From IMG/VR virus record IMGVR_UViG_3300022751_000001, positions 14,950-78,949 of that record: a stretch of DNA of 64,000 nucleotides; one strand, given 5' to 3'. The position numbers and the translations under genes were made by a program. Under the pieces are notes generated by a model. That model saw nothing but the letters and a program-made list of their open reading frames with translations. It was not told the origin of the DNA and made no database searches. This stretch comes from a virus (taxonomy: Duplodnaviria > Heunggongvirae > Uroviricota > Caudoviricetes). This document shows positions 13,691 to 22,764 of the stretch, one piece after another. The first letter of the stretch is position 1. Each line of letters begins with the position of its first letter.

Positions 13691-13961
13691 CTCGCAGATT
13701 CACTACATCTTCTTCTGGGATTTCGCCAGTTTCGCGTTCGAAGTAGTTGCGTGTGAACGTAGGTGTTTCATCAGGGGTTGTGCTGACAGTTGCAGGGGTA
13801 GTCTTTGCGCGCTTGCGTGATTTCGTCTTCGGTGAGCTGGTCGTATCGCTTCCCGAGCTTTTCGCTAAAAAATCGTCTAAGATTGCCTGTTCTGCTTTTG
13901 TTAGCTTATAAAACTTATTCTTGCTAAGTTTTAAGAGTAATTGTGGGTTAGTCACGGACAT
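13668..13961 (-). CDS. hypothetical basic Ser/Thr/Lys-rich protein
   Basis: 97 aa; first gene of the minus-strand structural operon. Confidence 0.4.
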   Translation of the reverse strand: MSVTNPQLLLKLSKNKFYKLTKAEQAILDDFLAKSSGSDTTSSPKTKSRKRAKTTPATVSTTPDETPTFTRNYFERETGEIPEEDVVNLRDDDNAGK

Positions 13962-14137
13962 GTTGTCGTCTCTTTCTATATCTTGTTTATCTATATCTAG
14001 TATAACTAAAGGTCAAAAACAGGGGTTACGGAAAGGCGGAACGTTCGCGGTGAAAATGGTGGTGAAAATGTGTTGACAGCTCGTTTTATGGGTGGTACGA
14101 TAGGTGTGTACATTAAAATATCGGTAGTTCAAAGGAG

Positions 14138-14428
14138 GTGTGTATCAGTAGTTTTCAAGCACAGCTACAAAAACTGTACAAAGTTGGCTCAAAACAAGCT
14201 CACATTCAGACCAAAGACAATACCTATTGTCTCGAGAAGAAGTGTAGCTACAAATCTGAGACTAACTTAATGTTACACGTATCACGTGTGCATGGCCTAA
14301 CCCGTACTCAGTATCTTGCTAAACACAAGTTACCATACACGACTAGGTTATACACGAAAAAACACGCAGAGAAGATGCAACAGGCAGCTTTATTGCGTGA
14401 AACTAACAAGAACGCGAAAGGTGAATAA
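14138..14428 (+). CDS. MucR/Ros-family zinc-finger transcriptional regulator (start codon uncertain)
   Basis: YCLEKKCSYKSETNLMLHVSRVHGLTRTQYLAKHKLPY lines up with the Ros/MucR finger (CLECG.SFKSLKRHL.THH..TPEEYREKWDLP); RBS aaaggagg at 14131-14138 but the only in-frame start is a GTG overlapping it. Confidence 0.5.
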   Translation: MCISSFQAQLQKLYKVGSKQAHIQTKDNTYCLEKKCSYKSETNLMLHVSRVHGLTRTQYLAKHKLPYTTRLYTKKHAEKMQQAALLRETNKNAKGE

Positions 14429-14431
14429 ATA

Positions 14432-14842
14432 ATGGCATTAACTGAGTTTACAGTTAGCAGTCGAGACCCTAAGTCTCACGACGAGGACATCGTCAGTCAC
14501 ACAGTTGACGGGTTCTACTTCGGACAAGATAAACCAGATTTTGAGTACGCAAAGATTCTTTTCGACCCAGATGAAGGGATTGTCAAGTTCGTACCAGTCG
14601 CGACCAAAGAACACTTAGGTATTGGTTACTTAAAGTCTATGACCCGAAACGGTAAGACTAACCATACTCTACGTTCAATTCGTTTTGCTAAGAGTGGGAT
14701 CGCACCACGGGGCAAATACGTAAAGGTCGAGGGTGAAGAATATACATATAAGTTCTACAAACCAGCAGCTCGTTCAGCGGACATTCGTCTTGGTGTTAAA
14801 AAGCCAGGCTACGTTCGACCACGAACTCGAACAATAGAGTAG
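14432..14842 (+). CDS. hypothetical protein
   Basis: 136 aa; RBS aaaggtga before the ATG. Confidence 0.5.
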   Translation: MALTEFTVSSRDPKSHDEDIVSHTVDGFYFGQDKPDFEYAKILFDPDEGIVKFVPVATKEHLGIGYLKSMTRNGKTNHTLRSIRFAKSGIAPRGKYVKVEGEEYTYKFYKPAARSADIRLGVKKPGYVRPRTRTIE

Positions 14843-14926
14843 CAATAGGACCTGAGCGGTATGTCTCTAAACTACGGTGTATAAGAAGAAGAATATAAAA
14901 TTGCTTTAGAAGCAAGGAGATCAAAG

Positions 14927-15661
14927 ATGTCACGAACAACAAACCAAGTGCAGTCTACAGTAGACTATGCGCAATTCAAGGTACTCGGTGGTAACCGAAA
15001 CGTAGACCAACGACACGTTAAGCGTTTAATCGCGCAAATCGAACAACCAGACGCAAAAGGTAAACCAACTAACATTACAGAAATCTCACCTATTACTGTA
15101 AACGAAAAGATGGAAGTTATTGATGGTCAACACCGTCTACAAGCTGCCGAAACAGCAGGCATCCCAGTTGCTTACATTATGCGCCCAGGTCTAACTGTTT
15201 CTGACGCTCTACAGATGAACATTACATCTAAGACTTGGAACCTCATGGACTACCTACACCTTTATGTTTCTCAAGGTTCTCAGACTTACAAGAACTTTGC
15301 AGACATTCTAGAAAATCACACATGGTTAACACCTACAATTCTTCTAGCGGTTATCGTTGGTGGAGAATCATCAGGTAAAAACCGACGCTTCAAGCTCGGC
15401 CAACTTGCTGACTTCGACCATGAAACTATCGAAGACCGTGTACAGCAAATCGAAGACATTGCACGTATCAACCCTATCTTCATTCAAGGTAAGATGATCC
15501 GAGCGTATCTTTCAGCTCTTGGTACACCAGGATTCTCACACGAGCGTTTCTACAACAACTTCAAAGCTACGGGTGGTATCTTCCGAGCACAATTGTTCTG
15601 GTTTGACAACGTGTCAATCATTATGAACATTCACGACAAAGCTATTGCAGAAGTAAAATAG
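14927..15661 (+). CDS. ParB-like nuclease domain protein
   Basis: RBS gcaaggag; ...VIDGQHRLQAAETAGIPVAYI matches the ParB/Srx N-terminal DGxHR motif. Confidence 0.6.
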   Translation: MSRTTNQVQSTVDYAQFKVLGGNRNVDQRHVKRLIAQIEQPDAKGKPTNITEISPITVNEKMEVIDGQHRLQAAETAGIPVAYIMRPGLTVSDALQMNITSKTWNLMDYLHLYVSQGSQTYKNFADILENHTWLTPTILLAVIVGGESSGKNRRFKLGQLADFDHETIEDRVQQIEDIARINPIFIQGKMIRAYLSALGTPGFSHERFYNNFKATGGIFRAQLFWFDNVSIIMNIHDKAIAEVK

Positions 15662-15724
15662 TCGAGTTACAATAAACGTGCGCATAGGTAAAAACCTTAG
15701 CGACGTATCGAAAGAGAGACTTAC

Positions 15725-16258
15725 CTACGGGTTGGTCTCTTTTTCGTTGTACTGGAAATTAGTGCGAGCGAACTCACCGAATAATTGCATTGCCCATTGG
15801 TCGTAGATGTACGCGGCTTGTATAGGGTCGTCATCTGCCCAGACCCGCTTGATCTTCATACCAGGGATTTGAATGAAGACAGCCCATTTGTTAAGGCGTG
15901 AGTCCCAAGAGACGCCTTTGTAGCCAGAGGTGTTCTGCTTACCGATGGCGACGTTCTGTGCATTTTGCTGTCGAGTAACCTTTCGCAAGTTTCGCTTGCG
16001 GTTGTCGAAGCGGTTGCCGCTGATATGGTCGATCATCTGACTATTCATAATGAAGTTGTGCAGACCGATTTGTTTTTCACCGACTACCGTGATTGCATAC
16101 CCGCTTCTACCAACTAACCAGCGACGCTTTAAAACACGCTCAGCGTCGTCTTCGTCAACGATTGTCTTAGCGCGTACCTTACCGTCTTTGTCTAACAAAA
16201 ACAGGGTGCAAACCCCGTCTTTGATGATATGTGGGTTACCAGTTAACTTTTTGCCCAT
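15725..16258 (-). CDS. HNH homing endonuclease with AP2 DNA-binding domain
   Basis: HNH core IDHISGNRFDNRKRNLRKVTRQQN; AP2 domain GYKGVSWDSRLNKWAVFIQ...AAYIYDQWAMQLFGEFARTNF. Confidence 0.75.
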   Translation of the reverse strand: MGKKLTGNPHIIKDGVCTLFLLDKDGKVRAKTIVDEDDAERVLKRRWLVGRSGYAITVVGEKQIGLHNFIMNSQMIDHISGNRFDNRKRNLRKVTRQQNAQNVAIGKQNTSGYKGVSWDSRLNKWAVFIQIPGMKIKRVWADDDPIQAAYIYDQWAMQLFGEFARTNFQYNEKETNP

Positions 16259-16297
16259 AATCGCTCACGCCCGATGGAGGCGGGTGGCAGAGAGTGT

Positions 16298-16732
16298 TTA
16301 GCTCTCTACTTCCTCGTCTTCGTCAGCTTGTTTGTATTTCGCATTGAACTCAAGTGTTTGACGTTCACGTAGACCTTCGTAGCCAAGCTCTTCAAGGTCA
16401 GCAAGTGATTGCTTTGCGCCCTCAAGTTGCTTCTCAAAAATGTCGATACGTGACTGAATGAACTTCTTCTCAAGTAGGTCGCGGTCAATCTTGGTTTCAA
16501 GCTCTTTTGCAACAAGCTCAAGGTCGTCTAGTGACGTAAGCACAGACGTGATTGGGGCGAACGTACCATCAAGGTTCTGAATGTTCAGCGAGTATTTAAC
16601 CACACCTGGATCAAGTGAAGAGATGCTCATTTGAACGTGGTAGTCGGTTTCGTTGTTTCGAATGCTCTTACGGATAACGCGTTGTACTTTGCGTTCAATC
16701 GCGAGCAAACGTGATTCTACTGATTTTGCCAT
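16298..16732 (-). CDS. hypothetical coiled-coil protein
   Basis: 144 aa; RBS gggag upstream. Confidence 0.5.
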   Translation of the reverse strand: MAKSVESRLLAIERKVQRVIRKSIRNNETDYHVQMSISSLDPGVVKYSLNIQNLDGTFAPITSVLTSLDDLELVAKELETKIDRDLLEKKFIQSRIDIFEKQLEGAKQSLADLEELGYEGLRERQTLEFNAKYKQADEDEEVES

Positions 16733-16882
16733 TTATTTTCTCCCTAATTTTCGTTTGCGTCGTATTTCAGACTTCGGTTGCATAGCCCAGCGAGCTTTCG
16801 TTCGCTTTGGATCTGACGGCTGAGTTGCTCGTCGTTGCGCACGGTTCTGTGGGCTACTGATGTGTATTTTGTCTTCTACCAT
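16733..16882 (-). CDS. hypothetical small basic protein
   Basis: internal ATG (MVEDKIH...) of the 16733-16978 ORF; TAAATG overlap with the downstream gene. Confidence 0.3.
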   Translation of the reverse strand: MVEDKIHISSPQNRAQRRATQPSDPKRTKARWAMQPKSEIRRKRKLGRK

Positions 16883-16888
16883 ACTTTC

Positions 16889-16897
16889 ATTATACAG
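16889..16897 (-). promoter_or_regulatory. extended -10 promoter (TGnTATAAT) for the minus-strand operon
   Basis: reverse complement reads ctgTATAATg just upstream of the 16882 start. Confidence 0.35.
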
Positions 16898-17204
16898 GAC
16901 AATGGAAAAGTAGCATTGGCACAGGACGCCCTGTATGATATGAATTGGGACGAGAACTAGGAAGTGGTGCAAACCCACGAAGCTATGCTCTTATCGACTT
17001 CTGACACGCGGTTTACGGCCTGGACAGAATGGTATAGCAAGTTGTCGCTGTAACCCTTTGACGTGACAGGTCATTGTACTACTTATAGGGGGTGGTTACA
17101 CTGTTGAAACTGCGAGAGCATGGCTCCGAGAAAGATTCAGCTTACCTATTCTTCAAGACGTTTATGTTCTTGGGGGGTAGGGGGGGCTGTCTCCTCAACT
17201 CAAA

Positions 17205-17237
17205 CAATCACCAAAAAAGATTAGGGTCTTCGCCTAA
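17205..17237 (-). terminator. rho-independent terminator (minus strand)
   Basis: on the minus strand TTAGG-cgaagac-CCTAA then TCTTTTTTGG; stop codon of gene 17221 lies in the 3' arm. Confidence 0.5.
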
Positions 17238-18528
17238 CACGTTCAAGTTGATTACGGTTAGTAACCATACGATACATACGCCAACGTTGAACATTTCGAG
17301 AGGTATTAGCTTTATTAGCTACTTTATGCCAGATATGATATATAGGACCCTCGATTCTTAGCGGTTCACCCGAGACAATTTGTGCCGCTTTATAGAAAAT
17401 GTTATCTTCAGCACCCCAACCAACGCATCGCTGGTCAAATCCATGCACTTGCTCGTAAACATTACGCGGAACAATCACGATTAACGACTGCGTACCGAGC
17501 GGTTCGGTGCGAACGCTTTCGAGTTCTTCTTTTGCAAACTTATATCTGAATATCTGCTTGTCTAGCATATATAACGAGTTGGCTCTATTTACCGACTCAA
17601 CCCGAGTGAACGGTATTACGACTTTTTGCTCTTTAACCGCTAACGCGATACCTTTTTTCAATACGTCTGGATCAATATACGCATCTGAATCGACGAATAT
17701 ACCGACCGACCAGTTACCTGCGGCTTTCGCAGCGATATTCAAGCCTGTACTTCGGTTGAACATTCCTTCGACGTGGTGCCCTTCGTATACTTTGTATAGC
17801 AATTTACTCCAGTAGTTGTCTTTGATATGTCGCCAAATGCGGTCGCGGTGACCGTTATCATTCCTTCGAGCAACCATAATAGGTACTTCAAACTGATTAC
17901 GGTATTCTGCGTATACAGGTAATTTGCTTTCATCGACAAAACGCCAACCGCCCTTACCCTCATCGGGTGCAGTGGTAATGTTTGCGGTGTCTTGGTCAGC
18001 GCAGTAGATTAACTCGCTACTGTTTTTTACGTCTTGAAATGGGTGAGTCGTGAAACCTTCATTGTGAATCCGCATTGATAAGTTCTCGTGTTCGCGACCA
18101 TAGCGACCGAACGCATTGTGCATACCACCGACAATCGGGATAAGTGTCGCATCAAGGTAGAGCATACACCCCCGTGATTTATCGAAAGCATTTACTGTGT
18201 CGGTTTCTGCGATTTTTTTAATCTTCCAGTGGTCGGGTGCATTTTCGAAGTTGTATTGTAGGTGCGGTTCAGGTGAATTAACATACGGTTCCCACCATTT
18301 ATCAGCAATTGGGTAGGTGTCGTCATCAAACAAAAAGATTTGATCGCAACCAGAATCCATGAGGTTCTCGATACCTTGGTTCTTATTTACAGCGATACCC
18401 CAGTAGTCTTTATCGAGCGTGACGACCAGCGTGGAGTTTTTTGGCATCACCTTTTTGAATTGCTTGATGGTATTCTCAAGAACCCTCTTGCGTGAGGGGA
18501 CAGTTGAGATTGCAATTCCTATTTTCAT
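17221..18528 (-). CDS. two-domain glycosyltransferase
   Basis: 435 aa; N-terminal half parallels gene 18525-19244 (MKIGIAISTV...FLFDDDTYP, DxD motif); C-terminal half has FVDSDAYI...GWGAEDN (GT-A fold). Confidence 0.6.
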   Translation of the reverse strand: MKIGIAISTVPSRKRVLENTIKQFKKVMPKNSTLVVTLDKDYWGIAVNKNQGIENLMDSGCDQIFLFDDDTYPIADKWWEPYVNSPEPHLQYNFENAPDHWKIKKIAETDTVNAFDKSRGCMLYLDATLIPIVGGMHNAFGRYGREHENLSMRIHNEGFTTHPFQDVKNSSELIYCADQDTANITTAPDEGKGGWRFVDESKLPVYAEYRNQFEVPIMVARRNDNGHRDRIWRHIKDNYWSKLLYKVYEGHHVEGMFNRSTGLNIAAKAAGNWSVGIFVDSDAYIDPDVLKKGIALAVKEQKVVIPFTRVESVNRANSLYMLDKQIFRYKFAKEELESVRTEPLGTQSLIVIVPRNVYEQVHGFDQRCVGWGAEDNIFYKAAQIVSGEPLRIEGPIYHIWHKVANKANTSRNVQRWRMYRMVTNRNQLERVRRRP

Positions 18529-19244
18529 TTGTAGTCTATGAAGTCTGTGCGACCGCGCAGTTTTATTTTGATTGGTTTGTTTTTAATTATAAACTTTCTT
18601 CGCTCATTTGCCGTGAAAGTGCTTTCAACCGCGTCGAACTCGTCAGAAGAATAGATGTATTTATCAGTGTCGATTGCGTCTTGGTATGCGTGGGTCGTGA
18701 AGCCAGCTGCGTGAATACGGTCGCTCAGTTCTGTGTGTTCGTAGCCACCGTCACCGAATATCGGGTCGAAACCGCCAACCGTTTCAATGACATCGCTCTC
18801 GAAGTAAAGCATACACCCGCGAGTGTGGTTGAACCAGCGAAGGTCGTTATCTTTATCCATACCCTCGAGACCGAATGTGCGGGTCTGGTTTCCCTTGTTA
18901 ACGAAGACGTAAAACAGGTGCGGTTCTTTGTTCTTGATGTATTTGTTTGCCCATGGGCGTTGAAGTGGCCAAGTGTCATCGTCGAATAAGAAAATGTGAT
19001 GAGCACCCCACTCCATTGCAAGCTCGAGACATTTGTTTTTCGCACGAGGGATGCCGAGCTTTTTCTCTGCGTAGTACCACGTTTCATCTTCAAGCACTGG
19101 TTGGGTTTCAGCGACTGGTTCTGTTGAGTTGTCGTCTACCACGAAGATTCTTGCGCCTTTTGGTAAGTACGCGCGTTGCATTGCAAGACCTTTACCGAAC
19201 ACTTCAGTTCGATTACGGGTGGTTATACAGACAGCTATTTTCAC
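18525..19244 (-). CDS. glycosyltransferase (GT-A, DxD)
   Basis: MKIAVCITTRNR...IFVVDDNS...FLFDDDTWP; paralogous to the N-terminal domain of the downstream gene; ATGA overlaps with both neighbours. Confidence 0.6.
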   Translation of the reverse strand: MKIAVCITTRNRTEVFGKGLAMQRAYLPKGARIFVVDDNSTEPVAETQPVLEDETWYYAEKKLGIPRAKNKCLELAMEWGAHHIFLFDDDTWPLQRPWANKYIKNKEPHLFYVFVNKGNQTRTFGLEGMDKDNDLRWFNHTRGCMLYFESDVIETVGGFDPIFGDGGYEHTELSDRIHAAGFTTHAYQDAIDTDKYIYSSDEFDAVESTFTANERRKFIIKNKPIKIKLRGRTDFIDYK

Positions 19245-19900
19245 AGAAGACCCTCCAGATATTGCTTGTACTTGTTGAACTTGACATTGCTCGTAGAAAG
19301 GTAGGCAGTAATGTCTTCGATTTTGATGTTCTTTACATCATCGTAAGGTATCGAACCGAGACCGTCAAGCGATGGGTAGAAGTTGTAGTACAGGCTTTTA
19401 ATTTGCAGGTCAAAATCCGTGTCGATAAGGTTGTTCGTCATATACAACGCTTTCTCTTTTTCAATCACAGCTGGTACGTGGAGTTCGTAGTTACGGGTAC
19501 CGAGGTCGTTCTGCTTCAGGTATACGTCAGTCTTTACGAGTGACTTGCGGTACTGGTCGTCGGTGCGAGCTTTTATTTTGTCGTGAAGCATTGGGTATTT
19601 GCGGTCGTACATTCGGTGCGGCTCAAAAGGTGCGGTGAGGTAGACATCGTCCATCATAAGGATAAACTGGTCGGTTAGCTCGGGTATGCGTACTGCAAGT
19701 GCGAACTTGAGCATTTGGTCAGCGAACTTACCTACGATTGAGCGGTGTAGAATGTGGACTACTTCACCATAAAGCCTTGTTGGGGGCAGATCACCGATAA
19801 CGTAAATAGTGCCAAGGTTGGGGTAGAACTTCTTTAGCAAGCGAATAGAATAGATTAGCTCATCGCTGTTCGTGTGCTTGTAAAGATAGACCGCGTCCAT
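19241..19900 (-). CDS. Stealth-family-like sugar-1-phosphate transferase fragment (CR2-like motif)
   Basis: HTNSDELIYSIRLLKKFYPNLGTIYVIGDLPP resembles the Stealth CR2 consensus (NxDELRYSLRS....PW...IYIVT..Q.P); 219 aa. Confidence 0.45.
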   Translation of the reverse strand: MDAVYLYKHTNSDELIYSIRLLKKFYPNLGTIYVIGDLPPTRLYGEVVHILHRSIVGKFADQMLKFALAVRIPELTDQFILMMDDVYLTAPFEPHRMYDRKYPMLHDKIKARTDDQYRKSLVKTDVYLKQNDLGTRNYELHVPAVIEKEKALYMTNNLIDTDFDLQIKSLYYNFYPSLDGLGSIPYDDVKNIKIEDITAYLSTSNVKFNKYKQYLEGLL

Positions 19901-20157
19901 TACTTCTTCTTAGCTGGTTCGACTGCATCTTCCCGTGTGATGACGTATTTGAACTTAACAAAGTACTTGAGGTTATCACCATCGACGACAGTGTAGCCAC
20001 GCCAAGTGCGGTTGGTCACCTGCACCTTGTAAATATACGGTGGTAGACGGTCACCAGCTAGAAATAGAGCCAGACCAGTCTTTTGTTGCATAACTGACGA
20101 ACGAATGAGAATCGTGTCATCAGCCTTGTAGAAGTATTTGTCAAATAAGGTTTTCAT
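19900..20157 (-). CDS. hypothetical protein
   Basis: 85 aa; start/stop overlaps with neighbours. Confidence 0.45.
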   Translation of the reverse strand: MKTLFDKYFYKADDTILIRSSVMQQKTGLALFLAGDRLPPYIYKVQVTNRTWRGYTVVDGDNLKYFVKFKYVITREDAVEPAKKK

Positions 20158-20522
20158 AGTAAGTTCTTTAGCTCCTCTGCTATATGATTACGTCGTGATT
20201 GCGAGACATTGATGAGTCGCCATGATGAGTCGATTAGTTTGTTGAGACGTGCTACGGTCGCACGGTTCGCTGCACTTTCAAGCCGCACCTTCTGGTTGAC
20301 TTTTGTGTCTGACCAATTGTTGCGAGACAGCTCTTTTACCTTCTCGGCTTCGAACAGAATCATTTCTGACTCGATGTCAGCTACGATTTCTTCTGCGGCT
20401 GAAACGTATTGAGCGAGCTTGTACATATTTTCACTAAGAAGAACAGGGGCGGTAATCGCATCTGGTGAGCGCAATTCCTCGCGAGTCTCTTTGATACCTT
20501 TGATTACGTCCTCTATTTTCAT
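20154..20522 (-). CDS. hypothetical protein
   Basis: 122 aa, helical. Confidence 0.45.
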   Translation of the reverse strand: MKIEDVIKGIKETREELRSPDAITAPVLLSENMYKLAQYVSAAEEIVADIESEMILFEAEKVKELSRNNWSDTKVNQKVRLESAANRATVARLNKLIDSSWRLINVSQSRRNHIAEELKNLL

Positions 20523-20548
20523 CTGGTGCTAATTATACAGGAATATGC

Positions 20549-20578
20549 TTGCAGATACAACGGGGCAAATGGTACAAT
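20549..20578 (+). promoter_or_regulatory. sigma70-like promoter for the HNH gene (TTGCAG-18-TACAAT)
   Basis: ttgcag at 20549-20554, tacaat at 20573-20578. Confidence 0.5.
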
Positions 20579-20600
20579 GCGAACAAAATTAAGGTGCACA

Positions 20601-21002
20601 ATGGCAAAAGTATTATCAACTAACAAATGGAAACTAACCAGACAAAAATGGGTAAAACAAAACCCAGTCACCGAGTTCAGTGAAGAGGGTGATACTGGTT
20701 GGCTGTGTGCTTTTTGTGGTGAACCTGTCTGGAAATACGAGCTGTCTCTCGACCACATTCTTCGAGTTCAGGATTACCCGCAATGCAAGTACGACGTAAG
20801 CAACTTACGCCCTATGCACCAAAGTTGCAACTCAAACCTCGACGCGATTTGGCGAACCGAAAAAGGTCGCACGACATTTGTTCGACGTAAGAAAGCAGAA
20901 CGCTCTCACAAGATTCGCTGTATCAATGAAACTCAAGAATGGTACGAACTAGCGATTAGTACGGGTGCCATTCCATACACTGCCAGCAAAAGTCTTGTGT
21001 AA
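20601..21002 (+). CDS. HNH endonuclease
   Basis: RBS aaggtg; CAFCGEPVWKYELSLDHILRVQDYPQCKYDVSNLRPMHQSCN is an HNH motif; lone plus-strand gene inside a minus-strand block. Confidence 0.7.
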   Translation: MAKVLSTNKWKLTRQKWVKQNPVTEFSEEGDTGWLCAFCGEPVWKYELSLDHILRVQDYPQCKYDVSNLRPMHQSCNSNLDAIWRTEKGRTTFVRRKKAERSHKIRCINETQEWYELAISTGAIPYTASKSLV

Positions 21003-21357
21003 AGCGTCGCGGGTCAATCGGTATCGCTTTACCGTTTACTTTAACTTGTACAGGGAACGAACGAATGCCACTAGACCCCTCAACTTCGATTTTGAGGGGT
21101 TGTGACTTTACTCGTTTTTGGTAGACCACCTTTTTGCAGGTGTCGCATTTGCTGGTGTAGTAGCTGTAGCGGTCGTAACGTGAGCGGTGCAGTGTTTGCA
21201 CCCATTTGTGTTCGACTCCTACTTTACCTTTGCACCATTTTTTCGTGTCTTTTTTCTTCGCTTTGCGTGACACGCGTTCAACCACAGCTGGTTGTTGGTA
21301 TTTTGTCCAGAGACCACTTGAGTGATAACCCCCGTGGTCGCGTTTAAGTTGTCCCAT
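20956..21357 (-). CDS. hypothetical basic protein
   Basis: 133 aa, Lys/Arg-rich with scattered Cys. Confidence 0.4.
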   Translation of the reverse strand: MGQLKRDHGGYHSSGLWTKYQQPAVVERVSRKAKKKDTKKWCKGKVGVEHKWVQTLHRSRYDRYSYYTSKCDTCKKVVYQKRVKSQPLKIEVEGSSGIRSFPVQVKVNGKAIPIDPRRFTQDFCWQCMEWHPY

Positions 21358-21395
21358 GGGACCTCCTATGCTTATTGGTACTTGATTGTACCTAA

Positions 21396-21518
21396 GTCAT
21401 AGCGAGTATCGCCTTACGATCTTCAAGTTTCTTGCTGTTACCGATACGCTTCCATGGTTTACAAAGCCCACACGAACGTTTGGACTTGTAATTTGGTTTT
21501 CGTTTATGATTCGCCATT
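21396..21518 (-). CDS. hypothetical very small basic protein
   Basis: 41 aa (MANHKRKPNYKSKRSCGLCKPWKRIGNSKKLEDRKAILAMT); no strong RBS. Confidence 0.2.
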
Positions 21519-21698
21519 TAGTATATCTGCAATTTCTTGATAATCTTTATCTGTTAATTGTACCTCTGGGGCGTGTTTACCGCAAGCGCAAGTAAACGTG
21601 ATATTTGGGTCACGCGGTTGTTTGCTTAGTGCTTCAAAACGTTGTTTGATTTCTTCTGCTGTAACCATAATAATTTCTGGGGTCAGACAATACATCAT
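21504..21698 (-). CDS. hypothetical protein
   Basis: 64 aa; CxC motif. Confidence 0.4.
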   Translation of the reverse strand: MMYCLTPEIIMVTAEEIKQRFEALSKQPRDPNITFTCACGKHAPEVQLTDKDYQEIADILNGES

Positions 21699-21826
21699 TG
21701 ACCCAGAACCGTATCCTGCCCGCTGACCCCATTCGTTCGTATAGATACGCTCGTTTTGTTTGGCAGTCTAGCTCTGGTGTACTTCTATTATAACCGTTAT
21801 AGCACGGCACGACAATTTATTTTATT

Positions 21827-22279
21827 TTAAGATTCTGTTGGTTCGGTGATGCCATCAGGCCCAGCGTTAATTGTATAACCGCTTTCACCAACGATTTGAC
21901 CCGAGCGGGTTGTCACGTTGCTATAGCGGTTGTAGATTGCTTGCTTGATGAGCGATTTAAATGCCTTGCGTTGATCTTTGTCTGTAATGGTAGCGTCTAC
22001 GATAGTGAGTACCGCGCCTACGATTTGTTCAACGTCTCGGTCTGTAATGATGTTCGGTACCATATTGATCCAACCTGTGTCAGATGAACCAGACGATTTG
22101 CCGTCTTCTGAACCTGTTGTGATGGTGCTTTTTACTTTTGCCCCGACTAGGTGTACACCTTGGTCGAAGCCCATTTCTGGTATTGGTAGTTCAATCGTGT
22201 GTTTAACGATGTCGCTACTAAGGCCCCAGCTAGTGCCGTTCTTTTCAAATACTAACTCTACTGATTGTGTTTTTGTCAT
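21827..22279 (-). CDS. hypothetical protein
   Basis: 150 aa; first gene of a minus-strand operon. Confidence 0.5.
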   Translation of the reverse strand: MTKTQSVELVFEKNGTSWGLSSDIVKHTIELPIPEMGFDQGVHLVGAKVKSTITTGSEDGKSSGSSDTGWINMVPNIITDRDVEQIVGAVLTIVDATITDKDQRKAFKSLIKQAIYNRYSNVTTRSGQIVGESGYTINAGPDGITEPTES

Positions 22280-22704
22280 TTCTTTTCTTGTCTTTTCTTT
22301 GTGAGTCGTGCCGTGTTGTAAAGGTTCTAATTGGTGGAAGCGTCGGGTATTGCACCCGAGTCCAGCGGTTTAACGATTAAGCGTCTACAAGTTTGTTCTG
22401 TTTAAGGCAGACATCTAGGTGGTGTGCCCACTTTTTATTTTGCGTGGTAGTGAGAAACCACGACAACGACATTTATAGGGTGTATGACGTTTTATACGCT
22501 AATGAAGAACTTGTATAAAACGCACTGCTAGTAAGCAGCTGTCGCAAGAACTGGGCTGGCAACGAATTGCGCAACTGCGTTCTTAACTTTTGAAACGAAT
22601 TTGTTTGCGTTTAAAATGTGATTGTAACTAATCATGTACTTGCAACTCAATTGTTAGGTACTACTGTCGAAATCTATATCGCCCCCGTTACGTCTATTAT
22701 ACAC

Positions 22705-22733
22705 TTATAAAAACAGTTGTGCAGTGCTATAAT
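22705..22733 (+). promoter_or_regulatory. promoter with extended -10 (ttataa-17-TGcTATAAT)
   Basis: tataat at 22728-22733 preceded by tgc; weak -35 ttataa at 22705-22710. Confidence 0.45.
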
Positions 22734-22764
22734 CTATGAAAAGCATATTAACTCGGAGAATACA

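Noticed and set aside
13980-14137. Alternative ORF 14070-14270 as the first gene of the plus-strand block
   Set aside because: Its frame lacks an RBS and overlaps the MucR-like frame, which has a strong RBS and a recognisable zinc-finger domain.
18492-19543. Plus-strand ORFs 18492-18989 and 18947-19543 (also 17507-17815)
   Set aside because: They are antisense to the well-supported glycosyltransferase genes, with Leu/Val/Phe-rich composition typical of shadow ORFs.
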